Below, one piece after another: positions 47,184 through 50,594 of a stretch of 50,594 bases of DNA. The translations under genes and the position numbers were made by a program. The stretch covers positions 1-50,594 of the forward strand of contig JAZDNV010000016.1 of the NCBI GenBank assembly GCA_043799385.1. The letters run 5' to 3'. The notes below the pieces were generated by a model, which saw only the letters and a list, made by a program, of their open reading frames with translations, had not been told where the DNA came from and did no database searches. The stretch's first letter is position 1. Each line of letters opens with the position of its first letter. This stretch comes from Candidatus Aenigmatarchaeota archaeon. Lineage in GTDB: Archaea; Aenigmatarchaeota; Aenigmatarchaeia; GW2011-AR5.

Positions 47184-47857
47184 CTGTACTCCAAATCAGA
47201 AATTATCTTTGATGCTATTTGCTTTGCTTTAGACCTTAGATTTTCTCTCATCGTATTCAGGGCATATTGCTCATTTTTCGAGGCGTCTAAAAGTTCCACC
47301 AGCTCCTTCTTGCATTCTTGATATTCCTGAAATCGTTCGTTAAGCATCTCTTTGATTATAATAGCTTTTTCATTACTGCCACCACCTTGCTGGCCAAGTG
47401 CTCCAAGCAATGTTGCTGCGATGCCTACAGCCTTTGCCTGCGGTATCGGTACAGCAGCAGCAGCTCCTGCAATATCAGACAAACCACCGCCTTTTTTTTC
47501 CTTCAGAAATTCATCGGCTTTATCCCAGGCATCCTTCAGCGCGTTTTTAGCTTCAGTGGTTTTTTTTATTGAGGCGTTGGTTTTAGCTTTAAGGCCGTTC
47601 AGTTCTTTTTCGTATAAATACTTCGCATATGCCCGCAACTCGTTCCTGCCCTGGTTTAATGCGCTCCTCACCTTTGGGTCCTTTATCGCCATTGGTGGCG
47701 TCAGTTCGCCGCTCACCCTGCTGAGCTGAGTATGGGAATAACCTTTTCTGCTGAGAACATCCCTTTTCATCTCGTTCGCTTGTTTTGCTGTGATTTTTCC
47801 AAGCTGGAGAAGCATGTTAATTTTTTCTATCTCCTTCATATCATCTTCTGTCGGCAT
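47180..47857 (-). CDS. Helical coiled-coil protein with a central Gly/Ala-rich hydrophobic hairpin
   Basis: SHOCT-like N-terminus (LLQLGKIT); IAGAAAAVPIPQAKAVGIAATLLGALG; GTGA overlap with the M23 gene. Confidence 0.7.
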   Translation of the reverse strand: MPTEDDMKEIEKINMLLQLGKITAKQANEMKRDVLSRKGYSHTQLSRVSGELTPPMAIKDPKVRSALNQGRNELRAYAKYLYEKELNGLKAKTNASIKKTTEAKNALKDAWDKADEFLKEKKGGGLSDIAGAAAAVPIPQAKAVGIAATLLGALGQQGGGSNEKAIIIKEMLNERFQEYQECKKELVELLDASKNEQYALNTMRENLRSKAKQIASKIISDLEYR

Positions 47858-47920
47858 TCTCTAACCTCAATGTATCTACTTGTAAAAGCCGCAATAAAAA
47901 GTTTTCAGAAAAAGTGGCTG

Positions 47921-48694
47921 TTAAGCAATATTCACGCAATTCATCAACTCTTCCATAGTGTAGCGCTTGCTCAAGTCCAGTTCAAGATAGTGCCCTTTCG
48001 ATGCAGTGTGGATTATCAATTGCTTGCCGATTCTATATGGCTCCAGCACAGGCGTATGGCCGACTATACTGATGTCGGTGTGCATCTCCTCCAAGAAATA
48101 TTCTATATCCTCTTCATCATATGGCGAGTACTTCGCGTCGCTGTAATCCAGTTCCGATGGCCTTGCCCATAACAATGCATAAAATTTATCTCGTGGCGTC
48201 AGGACCTTTTCTGCTGTGAAATTTTTGAAGTCGCTTAGTTCTATTAGCTTGTCCGGCGCAGCATGGCTTACAAAAAGGTTACTAGCCTTCACAGCTATTG
48301 GCAGTGATTTGAAGAATCTTGTGTATTCCTTCATTTTCTCTTCATGCTTGAACTCGAATTTTATGCCCATTAGGTCCAGAAATTCGCGGTATAAATTTCT
48401 ATCGCCTTTGAATACAGGCGTTTTTATTATATGGCTCCATTCATGATTACCAAGAAGGATGAACACGTTTTTCGGATAGCGGCTTTTAAGGTGAATCATC
48501 GTTTCCACGAGCTCGATTGATTTGTCGCGCTTGCCGTACGAATGTATGAAATCTCCGCAGCAGACAAAATAATTACCCATGCCCAGGTTCATCATCAGCT
48601 TTGACTTTTCCATTATTCTCTTGAATAAGTCAATGTCGCCATGCAAATCGGTCACCAGAATTAACCTACCGCGCCTTGGCAGTTCGATTAGCAT
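47921..48694 (-). CDS. Calcineurin-like metallophosphoesterase
   Basis: TDLHG, GDFIH, LGNHE, SHA, LLWARP, VGHT. Confidence 0.92.
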   Translation of the reverse strand: MLIELPRRGRLILVTDLHGDIDLFKRIMEKSKLMMNLGMGNYFVCCGDFIHSYGKRDKSIELVETMIHLKSRYPKNVFILLGNHEWSHIIKTPVFKGDRNLYREFLDLMGIKFEFKHEEKMKEYTRFFKSLPIAVKASNLFVSHAAPDKLIELSDFKNFTAEKVLTPRDKFYALLWARPSELDYSDAKYSPYDEEDIEYFLEEMHTDISIVGHTPVLEPYRIGKQLIIHTASKGHYLELDLSKRYTMEELMNCVNIA

Positions 48695-48732
48695 ATTAAG
48701 AGTTAGTCAGAAATGATAAAAAGCTTACTTAT

Positions 48733-49836
48733 TTAATAAGTTATCTCAAGGTTCTTTATCGCGAAAACAGAATCATCAACGGATTCGATGATAACACTGT
48801 TCACGCCTACAGCAACATTGCTCTTTCCGAACGGGAATGAATAACCGCTTTCTCCAAGCTTTTGGTATTCGTTGAATAACACTTTGTCACCAAAGACAAT
48901 CTTTGCTGAAACGCCCCCTGTTCTTGTTATGTTCACTACATCGAATTTTATTTTCCCATTCTTTAGCGAGTCATACGTATCTTTTGTCACTGTGAAATTT
49001 TTCTCCACTTTCTCATCGGTCCTTGTCGTGTAAACAATCGTTACGACCGCTTTTCCTGAGAACTTTGAATAATTGCCAGCTCTCAAAACTAGAACATTTG
49101 GCCCGAACTTTATGTCTGATTTACCAAATTTAACCGAGTCTATCTCGCCTGAATATATGTTTTTTCCGTTCAACTCCGCGATGAAAGTTCCTCGTGCCTC
49201 TGCAATGCCGAAATCTACTCTTCCGCTCTTGAACGTCTGGTACTCGTCTATAATGTCAAAGCTTAGGCTGTTCATTTTTTCCGAGAAGCTGTCGACTGTT
49301 ATCTCGACGTTCCTGAGGTCATAAAGCGAAGGCGCCCATATCTTCCATCCAGAGCTGAGCGTGAATATCTCAAGAACCATATCATCAGCCAATAGTTCCT
49401 TTGGCACAGATATCTCATACTCTCCTTGCAAAATGCTCTTGCTTTCGATGACATTGTCAGTTATCTTTATCACCAGCGATTCATAGTTGTTCGTCCTCGC
49501 GACCATGAAATTCAGCGTCAGCCTTACAGGCTTGTCCGCTTTTATGTTGTATTTTATGGAACTGCTGCCGAAAAGAAGGCCGTTGTATACCTCCTTGTCG
49601 CCAACGTTGTGCGTTTTGTTCACACGCATGTTGCCGACATCAAAATCAAGGCTGTATGGCCGGTTGACATCAAAATCCTTCGGCCCGACTAGCAGCGCGC
49701 CAGTTAGGTTCTTTTCTTCAATTGTAGGTTGGGTAGTGATCTCCCGTGTCTCTGTCTGCGGTATGACAGAAATCGCCATCATCGCGGCTATTGCAACGAG
49801 TCCTATTATCAGAAATATGACAAATTCATTAGCCAT
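48733..49836 (-). CDS. Membrane-anchored beta-rich surface protein
   Basis: N-terminal TM; repeated beta-sandwich-like segments (G.N.L motifs). Confidence 0.72.
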   Translation of the reverse strand: MANEFVIFLIIGLVAIAAMMAISVIPQTETREITTQPTIEEKNLTGALLVGPKDFDVNRPYSLDFDVGNMRVNKTHNVGDKEVYNGLLFGSSSIKYNIKADKPVRLTLNFMVARTNNYESLVIKITDNVIESKSILQGEYEISVPKELLADDMVLEIFTLSSGWKIWAPSLYDLRNVEITVDSFSEKMNSLSFDIIDEYQTFKSGRVDFGIAEARGTFIAELNGKNIYSGEIDSVKFGKSDIKFGPNVLVLRAGNYSKFSGKAVVTIVYTTRTDEKVEKNFTVTKDTYDSLKNGKIKFDVVNITRTGGVSAKIVFGDKVLFNEYQKLGESGYSFPFGKSNVAVGVNSVIIESVDDSVFAIKNLEITY

Positions 49837-49888
49837 AAAACTATTATGATTCTGGAGATATAAATCCTTAACCAGACTACTATACGCA

Positions 49889-50410
49889 ATGAACAGGTTT
49901 GAGATTGCTTACAAGCTTGTAGAAGAATTCGGCAAGATATGCCCTGCTGATTCGAAGTGCGGTTCATTTTGCGAATTATCGGAGTTCGCCATTTTCCTGC
50001 CAGAAGAATTCGAATATCTGGTAAAAAGGAACAAAATAATCGGCGGTGAAAGAAAGAGATTTTCCAAGCTTTTCAGAGTTAATGGCAAAGAGGTATACAT
50101 ACAGCCTGCAGACGGGCAAAGCTGTCCGTTCTACAAACACGGAAGATGCATCAACCGAAATGCGAGACCTCTAGATTGCAGAACCTATCCAGTGATGCCG
50201 TGCTTAAAAAACGGAAAACTATCCGTAAAACTAGCAGAACGATGTTTTTTGTTTAAACAGAATAAAATTACAAAGAATATGGTAAAAAAAGCCCTTATGG
50301 TATGGAAGTTGGTAAACCCACCGAACTGGTGGCTGGAGATATACGAAAAATTATGCGAGGGGCCGGATTCGAACCGACGAACCCAATCCTCAAAAACGCG
50401 AAGAAACTGA
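49889..50410 (+). CDS. YkgJ-like Cys-cluster (Fe-S or Zn) protein
   Basis: C....CGSFC...CPFY..GRC....RPLDCRTYP...C; 3' end overlaps tRNA-Leu on the opposite strand. Confidence 0.85.
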   Translation: MNRFEIAYKLVEEFGKICPADSKCGSFCELSEFAIFLPEEFEYLVKRNKIIGGERKRFSKLFRVNGKEVYIQPADGQSCPFYKHGRCINRNARPLDCRTYPVMPCLKNGKLSVKLAERCFLFKQNKITKNMVKKALMVWKLVNPPNWWLEIYEKLCEGPDSNRRTQSSKTRRN

Positions 50411-50557
50411 CGACAGTGATCGTCTTTTTGTCTCTGCGTTCTTTCTAAGGGACAAGATCTTGAGTATCGCTATCATTTGACACAGCTACACGGCCAATCG
50501 TGTATGTGCTTCAAGACTCAAAATGCCTTGCGCCTTTGGCCGCTTGGCTACCCTCGC
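50354..50557 (-). tRNA. tRNA-Leu(CAA) with two long introns: 30/31 (50466-50526, 61 nt) and variable arm (50386-50444, 59 nt)
   Basis: GCGAGGG/CCCTCGC+A; removing both leaves 84 nt with CAAGA-CT-CAA-GA-TCTTG and variable arm TCCCTTAGTGGGTTC; intron 2 has BHB CCTT-AG^A...GAGG-AT^T. Confidence 0.88.
50466..50526 (-). ncRNA. Candidate intron-encoded, permuted box C/D guide RNA for Cm34 of tRNA-Leu(CAA)
   Basis: Guide ATTTTGAGTC (50524-50515), D-like TTGA (50514-50511), hairpin, C-like ATGATAG (50476-50470); the D+5 base faces C34. Confidence 0.6.
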
Positions 50558-50594
50558 ATGAGTGTTGATTATTAATAACAAGGCAAAATTTAAA

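Noticed and set aside
1..50594. CRISPR array, rRNA, transposase, integrase, provirus or stop-codon recoding
   Set aside because: None seen; conserved genes end normally at TAA, TAG and TGA

Overview
A gene-dense archaeal chromosome segment. The archaeal-type information genes, short intergenic spacers, leaderless or GGTGA-type translation signals and type IV pilus locus suggest a DPANN archaeon (Aenigmatarchaeota-like is my guess and is unverified). It is mostly housekeeping: gatD, hisS, pheS/pheT, glyS, ileS, topoisomerase VI A/B, thermosome, aIF-1A, NMD3, pyrH, eS17, Nop5/fibrillarin and tRNA splicing endonuclease. It also carries a type IV pilus locus, surface glycoproteins, the lower classical mevalonate pathway (MVD-MVK-PMK-IDI1) and a membrane-bound M23-like peptidase. 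I folded seven tRNA genes by hand; five carry introns (seven introns, at 23/24, 27/28, 30/31, 37/38 twice, 38/39 and the variable arm), including a rare tRNA-Ile(UAU). The main candidate for a new system is RNA-based. The two long anticodon-arm introns (tRNA-Leu(CAA), 61 nt; tRNA-Arg(CCU), 62 nt) share a guide / D-like box / hairpin / C-like box layout, that is a circularly permuted box C/D RNA, and the Leu guide points by the D+5 rule at C34 of its own tRNA. The same window encodes Nop5, fibrillarin and an unusual EndA (catalytic Lys position is Ala, plus a Lys-rich inserted loop). Features missing from the ORF track include three small MITE-like elements with terminal inverted repeats and target-site duplications, a start-less AbrB ORF that a 29-nt excision would repair, a 43-aa zinc-ribbon gene and a poly-Lys micro-ORF. 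All calls come from reading motifs by eye; no searches were run.
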